DNA of 64,000 bases from Azolla caroliniana (Eukaryota > Plantae > Polypodiophyta), in NCBI GenBank assembly GCA_043228905.1, contig JBHGNT010000008.1:3162001-3226000 (forward strand), given 5' to 3'. This document shows positions 51,632 to 64,000 of this stretch, one piece after another. Position numbers and translations under genes: made by a program. Position 1 is the first letter of the stretch, and every line of letters begins with the position of its first letter. Below the pieces are notes generated by a model that saw only the letters and a program-made list of their open reading frames with translations, searched no databases and was not told the origin of the DNA.

Positions 51632-54600
51632 TTAAGTGTCTCCAGTTAAGATGTCACCCATCAATCTATTGAAGCAATTTTGAGCAGTTGCCTTAAACCA
51701 GTCATCCCCTGGCAAACTGCTACATATTGATGGAACTACAAAGCTGAGAAGAAAGGAGGATATACAATGGAAAATAAGGTTTTTAACTCATTATAATGTA
51801 CCTCAGAGGATCTTGGTCATGCATGCATTTAGCATTGTTGATAACCTCCGCCACAAGGTTTTGTAGTGTCCGAGTCATACAGTGTCCTTTGAAAGCCATT
51901 TGCAGTATAAAATGCATATCCAGCATGAACTGTCTCAAAGAATCACAGTTATAAAATGCATATCCATATTCAGAAAATTAGAACTACTTCAAAAAGAGTA
52001 CGCACTTGCTGCAAACCAGATCCACCGAGGTCCTTGTCCATGCTTCCTTCTGCTTCCTGCTCATATAATATGTGCTTTGCAAATGCCTGTAAAAGTTTTT
52101 TTAGGAGATCAAAAGTGTTCCTATCTCTGCCTTCCAATAGAATGGCAGAAATGTCCCTCAGCTCCTGCACTTTGAAGAACAGATTCTGCAGGGAAACATA
52201 TCAATATTACTTTTAGACAATGGAAATAAGCATAACCTTACTCTTAGCCTTTGCTTTTATTGGGTTAGAAGTTAGAATGATGTTATCACAAAAGCAGTCA
52301 TTCCCTGAAAGCTGAACCCTAGGCCCGTAAATGCAGTCCTAGTTAACTTCAATAATCACTGGTGTCCTAACATTCAACCTCTTCTCTAGCCATATTCTTC
52401 ATTAAAATAACAGTTTACAAGTACCCTTGTACAACCATGTGGAATGAATGCGACAATAACACCATCAAATACATATTTACAAGAAGTATTGGACCTGAAA
52501 GAGAGGAGAAGGCATTGGATCTAGATTGTCACCATTGTTATGCCTTAGGATGTAGTCATCAGCTGATAATCTTGATACATCTTCCTCTGTGAAAATAAGT
52601 TCTACCACTTTATTTCTGCAATAATGATTTCTGATTCTATCTGTGGCTTTCTGTAACCTATTCTTCCATTCTTTCCTTGCAGTTCCCTGGTTTGAAGGTA
52701 AAAGTTTTGGGAGTGCTCTAGTTACCAACTCCTGTTGGAGATAAATTACATTTGCCAGAATTCCTATTTGTTGTTTCTCTGATTTGGCTATGTGGACTCT
52801 GATATTCTCTACATTCTGAAACTCCTCTAGGGAAGGTAGAGCTCTCATCAGAACTTCAACATAAGATTCGAAGAGGTATGCAGAGTGATTTAAAACAGCT
52901 GCTCCCAGTTCCATGTCTGTCAAACGGGCCATGTCATCAAAATGATTCTGCAGTAAAAAAAAACAAGTTTACTGCTTTCTTTCGAACAACAGTTACAAGT
53001 TGTGCCAAAAGATTCTTTCATAGAAATTGGAATCATCCTAGAATTTTGATTGTTTCAAGAAAATAAATCGTGTTTCAACTGAAAATGCTAGGTGTTTAAT
53101 GCATCCATTAGTTCGGGGTTTGACCCATTCTCAACATGCAGATTTGATTATGTAGGTGAGCACACCTCCAGATTTGTATATGTTCGATGGATATCTCATA
53201 TAATATAAATGAAGGCATATGGCCATTAGCTAATGGACCTATCAGTGTGTTTTTTATTGGTAACATTTGATTTAGGTGATGGTGGTCAGAATCAATACGT
53301 TTTTACGATGAAAGCCAGGGTTTTAACATAATTATGGTCAAGAAAAGAGAAAACTGAAGGCAGAAGAGAGCAAAAATAACTATTATAGCAATAGAAAACA
53401 AAATGCTGGAGTGCATAGAAAAATATAAACCAATTCCAAAACACTATGGAACTAAATTCTAACCAAACTTAACGCCCAAATTGATTCCACTGCTACTTTA
53501 ATAATCTTCTTTTGGAAAATATTTTAGATAACATGTAGGACGTAAAGGACTCTTGTCTCTTTAAATATCGCTACATCTCTTAGATGTTATTTGAGAAGTC
53601 AGAGTTCACAATAACGATGAGTGAGAGCATAAGATATGCATTTCCGCCATGCTAATAGAGACAATACTAACTTGTTCTTCAGTGTTGAATTAGTAACTAC
53701 ATGCAGTTGTCAACAAGTAGACCAATCTATTGGCCTAGTGCAATAAATTAGTAACTCTGCAGATGTTCACAAGCAGACCGCTCTATTGGCCTAGTGCTAT
53801 GGTACCAACTGTTAGAGTCTAACTAATTAGTAGGTAAACTATAAGGAATTATAGACCAAAGAAAGGAAAGAGGGTGGTAGACCACCTGATCACCCCCTAA
53901 TGATAGTGTCCGACAGACCCCAACCTCCTCGATATCCCATACCATTGAGTGTTGATGCGGGTTGTACCTTTGGTTCCGCAATGATGGCACGTGCTTAACT
54001 AACAAGAGAATAGCCACAGACATAGTCTTGATATAGGTGAAGCCTCCCCTGATAAGAAGGTAGCTAGCCTTCTTATATAGGCAAAACGCCTGAGCCCTAG
54101 CATGCATCACACTTGACTACATGTGGAGTGGTAAAATGATAACACTCTTAATAGTTATCTCACACTGAAGAATTGTACCTCAATTCATAGCCTCATTTTT
54201 TTTGGAATTAGCCTACATGTGCTCATCATAAGATTAGGAAAACTACAGAAAACCTATCTCATGATCAGTTATGGTTATGCACCTAGTATAGGAAAAATAA
54301 AAAATGGCTGCATTTCAGGTATAAATTATTATTATTGCTAAATCAAGGGATCTGCTTGCAACTACAACTATATATAAATTATACATGACTAATAATAGTT
54401 ATATCACTAACAGTCTTCAAGTAACTACAGCAATAATATTCTAGCAAATGTAAAACATCAACTTGCCTGAATCAATTGGTGAAATTTCCACGCACTACTT
54501 GATATTTTGATTTGTGATGATATGTGTGAGTCCATCAATTCTGATGGAGGAGAAACTATCCAATCATCTAAAGCTGCAAAAGCAGTGACACTTTCATTGA

Positions 54601-57600
54601 TATGCTTCACAGCATCTTCAAGCATGTCCAGAAACTTTTGTCTGAAATGTTTTGCGAATGCATGACGTAAATATAATCCTTGAGCCTCTAATAATGAGCA
54701 ATACCCTAAAGCAGTCCATACACACTTTGCTGCTACATGTAGAGCACCAGTTGTTGAACAGTAAAATCTGATGTATCTTTCTATAATAGATAGAAATTTG
54801 TCTACTTCATTGGAAGCCCATAAAATCAGCTCTGACATAAATCCTGAAGGATTTCCAAAAATTAAATGAGAATATTTGACAGCCTGCGATAGTGTTGAAA
54901 ATACAAGCCGGGATAAGGTTGAGATATATGTATCACTGAAGCAACCCAGAGATGAGCTCAACTCCTGAATATTGTAAGTAAGCTTAGCACTGTACGTGCT
55001 TAAGAGTAGGCTGTGAGCACGGGGGGCATCATCAAGCCTGCATAGGGCTAAAATTGCTGAACGAAGCTCATTTCCACAAGTGGAAGGTTGCTGTATAATT
55101 TCTACAAGAAGTTCTGCAAGAATCACCTTTCTTCTAGAAATTAGTCCTTGTAAATGCTTTATAGAATTCTCATTTGCATACTCTTCATCATTTTCCTCAA
55201 AAGCAGTTCTTTCAAGTTCAATCAAGGTCTGTAAGGCCTCACCAACCCGCTTTTCTGCTATTAAAGCATCAAAAGTATCGTGAACTAGTTCATTATCTTC
55301 TACTCTTACTGGATAATTTTCATCAGGTGTGGTAATCTTATCGGTCATGTTTGTGAGAAACTCCAGGCCAATATTTTGAACCAATTCTTGAACTACTTCA
55401 GCCTGTTTGGAAAGAAGACTTCGCATGGTCAATATTTCCTCTCCTAAATCTGACAGTTCTTGAGAAGTTCTGGAGAAAACATCAAAAGAAAATTAGGTGG
55501 CATATGCAATAATCATACATCTACTATTGTGGAAATTAACAAATGTGTGGACAAGAAGAATATGGTAAATCTAAATGTACTAGTGATAATATTTATGAAT
55601 GAGGAGATATCCATTATGTAGATCTAGAAATAGAATGAGTCAAAACATCATCCTCAATAAGTGTGCTGTCAGCACTTCATCTTAATTCTTATAGTTGGAA
55701 ACCTAAATATGAGGTGAAAATAGAAGGCAGTAATTAAAAGGTCACAATATCCTCTAGAAGCATTTAAATAATAAAGAATAGATATGATCTTAAATACCTT
55801 AAATACCACAGCAACTAACTAATGGTTGCCTCAAAGAAAACTTGAAAGTAGAATACAGATTCACAGTACCTTGCCATAGAGAATATGGTTGTGGTAATCC
55901 AGATTTTTCATGGCACCCAAAATGTCTATGTGGAAAATACAAGTGCAGGAATAATAGTAATAGTGATGACTAATAAAGTTATGTTTCGGCAAAAATGTCT
56001 ATGTGGAAAATACGAGTGCAGGAATAATAGTAATAATGATGACTAATAAAGTTACGTTTCGGCAAATCATCTAGATTTTTCATGGCACCCAGCATGTCTA
56101 TGTGGAAAATACGAGTGCAGGAATAATAGTAATAATGATGACTAATAAAGTTATGTTTCGGCAAATCATCCAGATTTTTCATGGCACCCAAAATGTCCGT
56201 GGAAAATACGAGTGCAGGAATAATAGTAATAGTGATGACTAATAAAGTTATGTTTCGGCAAATCATCTATACATATATCAGTGTATCCATATTCTTACAA
56301 GAGGCAAGTGACATCTCAAGAGTTCGTAACAGTAGTCGTACATGGAACATGCTAATGAGATACTCTAATCCAGTAATGAAGAGGTTAAAAATGTTTAACC
56401 AAAGTGCAATCATAACTTGAACAAGATGGAATGCATTGAACACAACTGAGGTAAGAGAACTAGATAGGATTTAGCAATGTTTGGAATTACATAATGATAT
56501 TGAAATGCCATAATCCTAGAAAAGAAGGCATAGTCCATGAAATGAGAAGCCCATAGCTGATCTTTAGTAGAATTAGCGTTCTATCTTTTCAGCTATATGT
56601 ATTGGATCACAGACACATTTGTGGTGAAAACCACAAAAAATGTTTACAACAAAATGACCAGATTGGTACACACTAGTTTCATAAGTATATAACCTGATAT
56701 TTGAGACTTGAAAACCATAGAAATAACAAATGAAGTAAATTGAATCTCTTTCCAGTAATCATATTAAATATCCATGCCCTACATAAAATTATCATTTTGG
56801 AATTATCATAATAAAAGTAAAAGATAGGAAAATGTATATAAATTCAATTCCTTCTAATGCACCAGGTAAATGGAACTCCAGAAAAATATAACTTTTGATG
56901 CAGAGAATTATCAACAGAAAAAACTATTTCAATCTAACAGTTACAAACATTTTGGCAAATGTAACTCTCATAGATTCATCACTTACTGCAAAAAAGCTCC
57001 ATAATTTGCATAAACACTCTTATACACTTCTTCAAGAGATGCTTCTTTCAACTTTACCAGCTGTGTGTACAATTTCCTGATACTCTGACATAAGGATGAA
57101 AAAAGTCAAATACAGTAACAGTTCTGAAAACGAAAAAATTAAGTACATTGAACCCTGTAAATAAGATAAAACCAAACCAAAAATATGCATAAAATATACG
57201 TATGATTCGATGGGAAAGATAGGATTCCCCAAACATATAGTATATACTAGTTTTCAGGTGTTCAAATACAGAGTTGGCAAGAAATATTCAAAACACGTTT
57301 CCTGCCTTCTTTATGTGCTTGTATGATCTATGGCATTCATTGTTTTCTTTAGTCAATTTCCACCTTTGTCAAGTCTTAACCAAGGAAGATGGGGGGCCAT
57401 CCAACCCACGTAGTATGACTTAGTTTTTGAGGAAAGCAATTCTTCCTATGCCATTTGGAAATTGTAATATGAATGCTCCAGCTTTAGCAATGTCTTTTCC
57501 TGATTGCCAAGATATAAAGTATGTGTATTGAGCATATTGGTGATAGGGATCTAGAAGAACTACATAAGAAAGGATTGTTATTTGGCCAAAAGATAGGAAA

Positions 57601-60600
57601 ACTGGACTTTTGTGAGAATTGCGTATTTGGCAAGCAAAGGTTGGATTAAATCTAATACGATAACCCATCAGATAAAGGAAATAGCCAATTACATCCATTT
57701 GGATGTATGACGTTCTTCTCCAGTTTTATTTCATGACTTGCCAAATACATGTTAAGTTTCGTTTTAGACTTCTCAAAGAAGGATTGAGAGTGTATTTTGA
57801 AACACAAGAATGAAGTCTTTGTTAAATTTAAGCTATGGAAAACCTTGATTAAAAAGCACCTGGAAAATAGATCAAGCATGTGAGAGCTGACAATGGCTTG
57901 GAATTCTATGGAGTGCATTCAACAAGTTCTGGAAGGATCATGGTTTTGTTGGACATCATATTGTGAAACACGCTCCACAATAGAACAGATTTGCAGATCA
58001 AATGAACAAAACTTGATTGGAGAGAGCAAGGAGCATGCTCTCAAATGCCAGGTTACAAATGGAGTTCTGGGCCAATGCTATAACTACAATATGTTACTTT
58101 GTCAACAGATGCTCTCTTCACCAATTAGTTTCAGGTCTCAACAGTAGGTGTGGTTAGATACTCTTGCTACCTACGTAAATATGAGAATATTTTGTTGCCA
58201 TGCTACTAATTTGCTTGAAGGAGATATTGAGTCAATGGCAAAAAAATGCATTTTTCGTAAGTATCCTGAAAGAATCGAAGGATACAAACTCTGACATTCA
58301 GATACAAGAAAGGTGGGATCAGCAGAGATGTGACTGTTCACAAAGATCAGATGGTCAAGTCTCGTGAGAAGTCTGAAAAGAAGGTGGAGCCACCTGAAGA
58401 AACCACAAGGGAGTATCTGCTGGAAGATACAGATACACACCGATTGTGGCACTATTAACTAGCTAGGGAATGATTGAGGAGAATGAATAAGCACCCCCAA
58501 AAGTATGGCTATGCAGATTTGGTTATCATGATCCACAATCATACCATCAATTTGTCATTGGTATCTGCACAATGGATTGCTGCAATGAGTGAAGAGATCG
58601 AGTCTCTACATAATAATCATACTTTGAAAATCCAATCATGATCCACAATCATACCATGAATTTATCATTGATAACAAATCTGCATAACGGATTGCTGTAA
58701 TGCGTGAAGAGATTGAGTCTCTACACAAGAATCATACGTTTAAATTTGTTGAGAAGCCAAAACATCAAAAGTTTGTTGGATGTAAATGGTTATTCATGAA
58801 GAAAGAAGAAATCCATGGTGTTCAGGATGCAAGGCATAATGCTTGACTAGTGTCAAAGGGTTTTACACAAAGTGAAGGAAGGCATTGACTTCAAGGCATT
58901 TTAGCCTCTTAAAAGACATGATGCAAGGCATAATGCTTGACTAGTGTCAAAGGGTTTTACACAAAGTGAAGGAAGGCATTGACTTCAAGGCATTTTAGCC
59001 TCTTAAATGACATTAATATATATTTCTTTCATTCTTCTTTCTCTTCCAGAGACGTTAAACATAGCTCAATTCCACTTTTCTTAACATCCTAACTCATTTC
59101 AATCTAGATGTCAAGCAACTGTATGTCAAACCAACTTTCTTGCATGACGAACTTGAAGAAATGATTTATATGGCACAACCTGAAGGATTTGAGCGCATTG
59201 AATGGTGTTAGAGTTGTTTTTATGCAATGCTCAATACCTGTTACCGCTCCATTAACGGCACATTTCAAACTTCAGTGGTGCTGTCACCACAGGCTCAGGA
59301 GGTGGAATAAATGTCTCGTGTTCCCTGCTGTTGAGAACATCATATATAACATGGTGCACAGTAAAACTAATATTGCACACACTAAGTGTGGTAAGCGGAT
59401 ATATGGGAATCCCAGAAAAGGTATATTAATGAACAATTATATGGATTTTGTTATATATGGATATCCACGCTGACAGCTTTCTTCACCCTATTACGAGGGC
59501 AAGTTCAAGTAGAGGATTCCTATGTAAATCTAGGAGTCACATTTGCAAGCACGAGCAGGCACTTCTCTATGATCCAAACTGCCAAGGATTGGCTTACTGG
59601 TGGATATGTAGCTCTCGCCATGCTTGAATGATAATGCCACTAAGCACATTTGCAAGAGCCATGGTCACCCATGCCCTCATGTACGTTGATGCCGTATTCA
59701 TCCGTTTGCAATACTCTCCATGAAAGTAGAAGCCTTATTCCAGGCAGCAAACCCCATCATTCGGATTCAAACCACGCCACCTCAAAGAATTACACATAAG
59801 GAGTTTGAAGCGTCAAAGCAAATGATGACAATAAAACAACACAGAAGGATCATGGTATTCACAGGTGATAAAATGGTTCAACTGTGATGGTCTCGACATC
59901 AAGAACTTGCTACCCTTTTGATATTGTACATATCTCCAAATGATGGAAAGAAAAAAGGTATTGCAACAAGATCTATCACAGGTCAATAATCAAAAGATTT
60001 GGTACATACCGAGGGAGCCACTTACCCCAAAGATGGCCTACTATAAAGATCATTACGTGGATTCATACAGAGACTGAGGTATGTGAACGTCTACATGCCC
60101 TGTAGTGCTCTCAAAGCAATAGGCCAACTAAAGGTTTCCTCCACCAAGTAGAGATTGAGACAGGCTTGAGCACTCTGCATGCCTAGACCTGAAAGATTTT
60201 GCAAATTATGTGAAGAAGTGATCGGAAGAAAGGAATATTTGTGTGAGGTGCCCAACTTTCAACCACATCAGAAAGAAGTATGCAACCCTCTACACAGACT
60301 GTACCAGAAATTGAGAAATGATGGAGAAGGCTGACCCATGACAGTGTGGCCAAATCTTGCTTGAGGTTCAAAAGCATAGGGAACCAACCCTGATGTTACC
60401 ATGTAGAACCATGTCCAATCTTCCCAAGGACACCCAAATGCACATTGCCTCATTTTGCTGCACCATCCAACCTCTGTATGAAGTACAATCATCACCAAAA
60501 TCATGGATTTTATGCTTGTAATCCATCTCCAAAATCATTCAGCCACATGCATTACGATCATGATCATGGAGCTTTAGGAAACCTACAGCTTTAATTTTCA

Positions 60601-61370
60601 ATTTTTATATGGATGACATGAATTCACCCATATTTGTAACCATCATTTGTCTCATATACGTTCAAAGCATGACTTTAAGCAGAGGTCTTGCCTTCTTGCT
60701 AATGTTGTGGCATGAAACCTGGCAGACCAAATGGGCATTCAATATTGACCTATTGGGCCTAAGTGTATAATCATATCAAACCACAAAAAAGAAGCAAGAT
60801 AATTTTATGAAATAAAAGTATAGCCTATGTATTGAGCTGATGAGCCTATCTATGGCCTCCTTGATTGTATAATTAAAGTGTAAAAACATATTAACCCAAA
60901 AAAATCAAGAAAGTGAAATTTATGGAAAATCTCCATGGAATAACCCTAAGTTGTTTATTTTCCAAGGTCCCTGAGTTTTTATTATTTCTTCGAACGCCCC
61001 TAAAAGAGCGAAAGGGAATGGATTGACATATAATTTCCCAGACAACACGTATACTTGCTCTTTCAGAAGTTGATCTGGAACATTTGGAGAAATAGCAAAA
61101 ACTAAGTAGCAATTGAGGAAAGGCAAAAAACTGGGGTGTATTCTCACAAATTTTTCCATCATGGGAGTTAATTACCTTCTCACTTATGGTCTGGTGTGAT
61201 GTGTCAGATTGTCCATCCATATCGAACTTCTTGATCTTCACAGCTCTGATCTCATTAATAAGTAACTCTGTCTCAACATGGTGTTCCACATAATGATCTC
61301 CAATATCTCCATTGCTATTAGACGACGAATTATGATAGGAACGTGAAGAGGCCTTCCGATATAATGCCAT
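51632..61370 (-). CDS. EXO84: Exocyst complex component EXO84-like (divergent), 7 exons, ~713 aa
   Basis: Exons (-) 61370-61176, 57084-56987, 55469-54467, 52947-52495, 52185-52006, 51929-51802, 51716-51632 join in frame (2142 nt). Motifs EEVYKSVYANYGAFLQTSQELSDL, ELRSAILAL..LDDAPRAHSLLL, ALGYCSLLEAQGL, PMPSPLFQ, GLQQFMLDMHF, DPLSLPGDDWF. Intron 54466-52948 is GC-AG. Confidence 0.92.
53796..54153 (-). mobile_element. LTR remnant with a degenerate tRNA-iMet PBS in an EXO84 intron
   Basis: The minus strand ends ...ACTCTAACA-GT-TGGTACCATAGC (PBS consensus TGGTATCAGAGC, 2 mismatches) and has an internal CTATATAAG TATA motif. No TSD found. Confidence 0.6.
55897..56268. repeat. ~99-bp minisatellite, 4 copies (one truncated), in EXO84 intron 2
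   Basis: ATC(C/T)AGATTTTTCATGGCACCCA..ATGTCTATGTGGAAAATAC.AGTGCAGGAATAATAGTAAT..TGATGACTAATAAAGTTA.GTTTCGGCAAA repeated. Confidence 0.95.
57380..59470 (+). mobile_element. Degenerate Ty1/Copia pol fragment (integrase + RT) in EXO84 intron 1
   Basis: Remnants of LDFCENCVFGK, KYGYAD, WIAAMSEEIESLH.NHT, VGCKWLF, LVSKGFTQ and FLHDELEEMIYMAQPEG; contains internal tandem duplications. Confidence 0.85.
59470..60780 (+). mobile_element. Degenerate LINE 3' portion in EXO84 intron 1
   Basis: EDSYVNLGVTF...AKDWLTGGYVALAMLE, SSHQ.EIETG-like and PRPERFCKLC motifs, typical of the RT thumb and C-terminal region. Confidence 0.65.
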
Positions 61371-62020
61371 TGGAGATCGATGTAAAGCAAACTGAAAACC
61401 TTACTTCTTGCAGCAGTTTTCTTCTCTCTTGCTTCAATGTCTGAAGATCAGATATTGACTCAAAAAAGCTAAATTTTTTGGTTTTCTTCCTTCTTGCACA
61501 AATGATTTCAGAAAAAACCTTAATTCTTGCAGATTTTTCTTTTCAGATTGGATATTGGGCAAAAAACCTGATTCCTGCACCTTGGCTTCTCAGATTGAAC
61601 GAGTATGAGTAAAAAAAAAAAAAAACGCTTAATTCAGGAAATCTGTCTTCTCAGATGAGCGGAGTAGGATGATTTTAGAAATAGAAGTAGAAAGAATAAC
61701 TAATTCGCAAAGAGTTTGCTGCTTATTTGCTTAATAATGAAGGATGCAGGTCAGAGAAAACGCCGCGAGAGGAGAAAAACCTGCGCTCATTCGTCGTTCT
61801 TCGTTCTAGATCCTTCATCCGTCGGATTATACCCAGGCTGCGTAAAGAAGAAGAAGAAGAAGAAGAAGAAGAAGAAACCATGGCTAGACCTTGTCAACAA
61901 TGAGACCAAATCTCTTCCTGCGTTTTCATTTTGCTTTCTGCGTTTCTGCATTTTTGCTTTTCAGATTGTGTTTTTTGCCTTCTGCTTTTGCTTTTTGCTT
62001 TCTGCTTCTGTGATTGTCCA

Positions 62021-62230
62021 TAGCAATGGGTCCGGTTTCGGCTCGAACCGAACCGAACCGAAAAACCGTGGGCTAACGGTTTATAGGTTTCGAGATAAAT
62101 AAACGGTTTGGTTTGGTTTCAAATGGTACTAATTGGTTTCGGTTCGGTTTTGAATTTAGCTGTTCAACGGTTTATCGGCTTATTGGTTTCTGTTTATGTG
62201 GTTCGGTTTAAAGGTTTATAGGTTAAAAAA
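62021..62230. mobile_element. Truncated hAT-type MITE (TAGCAATGGG family) upstream of EXO84
   Basis: Starts TAGCAATGGGTCCGGTTT followed by AACCG/CGGTT arrays like 31500-31902; no second TIR seen. Confidence 0.65.
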
Positions 62231-63406
62231 TACTCATAAATTTTCCCTATGTCCAGATGAACACTCACGAGCGGGTGAGTAAAGCCGGTGTCCGGAGAAA
62301 ACCACCGACACACCCTATTAGGGCTCTCGGGTTTTTTTCGGCCAAACCTGCCAATCGGTTGCAATTAAAAAAAAACGCAAAGCACAAGCTGTTCTTCCCT
62401 TAACACATGATTTTGATGCAAATGGCTCCGCCTCTGTATTTAACGTACTTCACATGGATAAATTTCTACGGAAAATCGGTGTCAAATAGAAGAAGAAGAA
62501 GGAATCGGCGGAAGACTAATGGGCTAGCGGGATCAAACTAACTACGGATACTAGCAAGAAACCGTAAGAGAGAAACTAAAACTGAGGTAGCACCATATGA
62601 GAACTCGAAATGTCGTCATGAGAACTGAACCTAGAGAAACAAGGGCCACACTATAACACATTCACAAGAACTCAACTAAAGGGAGTACATCTCATGCAAA
62701 TCATAAGTATCGGCGAGACTTAAAAATAAAGGATCATGATGTATATTGTACGAATATTCACCAACCTCTTTGCAATATAAGGGAGCATCATCATGTGATT
62801 GTCATTAACATCGATCAAATTGAGACCCATGACAATGTATCGTTGGTTTTGGCTAGATTTATAGTTATGGTTCTTACTTTAACACTAACCGAATGTCGTA
62901 GTTGGGGAAAGCATAAGTGTCAGGTATCTAATAAACATGCACCAAAATCTCGTGATTTGTCACAAAAGAAATAACTTAGACATCACAATGGAGAACATTT
63001 CCTTTGGGAAATGGCGATTAACCGAAGTTGTGCCTTTTCTTCTTCTTCTTCTTTTGAAGATAAACCTTGGTATTAATGGACAGATGCCCAAAGGCTACAA
63101 AGAACTCATAAATGAAAGCACAACCACCATACCCAAATCAACCAACATGTTGAATAGCAAAAACCCGCATGCAATTACCTTAGAAACTACATTTACACAT
63201 CTAAAATCGGGATCCTTCCATAATGGGGGGGGGAGGGAGGAAAGCCACATGGGTGGAGCATATCTCCACTTTATTCTCTTGCCAAAAGAGGTGAAGACCA
63301 TACACCAATCATATTAAAATCAAATTGATCCTCAATCATATTAAAATCTCCGACCATACACCAATGATCCTCATGGAGCAAAGTATCACACAAAGAGGAC
63401 CACAAC

Positions 63407-63920
63407 TAACAATCGGCAACGGTTCGATTTGAACCGAACCGAACCGCGAAACCGCGGTTTAACGGTTTCAACGGTTCGGTTCGGTTTGGTTTCAGCAGTC
63501 AAAAACTGCGGTTTAAACGGTTTAACGGTTTTTAATTTTTAATTTTTTTAATTTATAAAAAAATTGAAAAAAATTCTAAAAAAGTTTAAAAATTGTTTTT
63601 AAACAATCTTTTCATTTTTACTCTTATTCTCACATTTTAGAAACATCTTAAAAATTTTAAAAATTCTAAATAATGAAATATTATAAATTTAAAAATAAAA
63701 TAAAATAAATTTGACCTATGTTGAAAACCGAAACCGAACCACGAAAACGCGGTTTTTACGGTTTAATGGTTTAACGGTTTGAAAAATGTTTAACGGTTTG
63801 GTTTAAAGGTTTCGCGGTTCGGTTCGGTTCGGTTCAGGTTTCAACATTTTTTAATGGTTCGGTTCCAAACCGGTTCGGTTTGGACCCTCTCAAACCGAAC
63901 CGAACCGTTGCCGATTGTTA
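63407..63920. mobile_element. hAT-type MITE (AACCG-rich), TAACAATCGG family
   Basis: Perfect TIRs TAACAATCGGCAACGG / CCGTTGCCGATTGTTA; perfect 8-bp TSD ACCACAAC (63399-63406 / 63921-63928). Confidence 0.95.
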
Positions 63921-64000
63921 ACCACAACCTCCTCCTATCCAATGAGCATATACATTTATAAAACCTAATTGTGGATTCTGCATTTCTAAATTAATAAATT

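Noticed and set aside
60268-60504. Kelch-like ARFGHT motif in a minus-strand ORF
   Set aside because: An isolated motif antisense to a degenerate LINE 3' region, with no further kelch repeats or splice structure.

Overview
This window is AT-rich, intron-containing land-plant nuclear DNA; a fern or other non-seed plant is my inference from the protein divergence and transposon families. I reconstructed six spliced protein-coding genes by hand, all with frame-consistent splice sites. They are a CBS-CBS-PB1 protein (+), EIN2 (+), a plastid DUF1995 protein (-), leaf-type ferredoxin-NADP+ reductase (-), ubiquitin-RPS27a (+) and a divergent exocyst EXO84 (-). Mobile DNA includes a near-full-length but inactivated L1-type LINE, further LINE and Copia fragments, four AACCG-rich hAT-type MITEs (three with 8-bp TSDs) and a long-TIR element. 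A nested 4.9-kb inverted structure is built from two short-LTR Gypsy derivatives with a tRNA-Ala primer site. The most unusual signals are (i) a solo LTR carrying a tRNA-like Pol III A/B-box module, (ii) recurring short tandem 'echo' duplications of exon ends, a start codon and the EIN2 last exon, (iii) the large palindromic transposon nest and (iv) two GC-AG introns. There is no prokaryotic system, CRISPR array or bona fide RNA gene. Homology calls rest on remembered protein families, not database searches.
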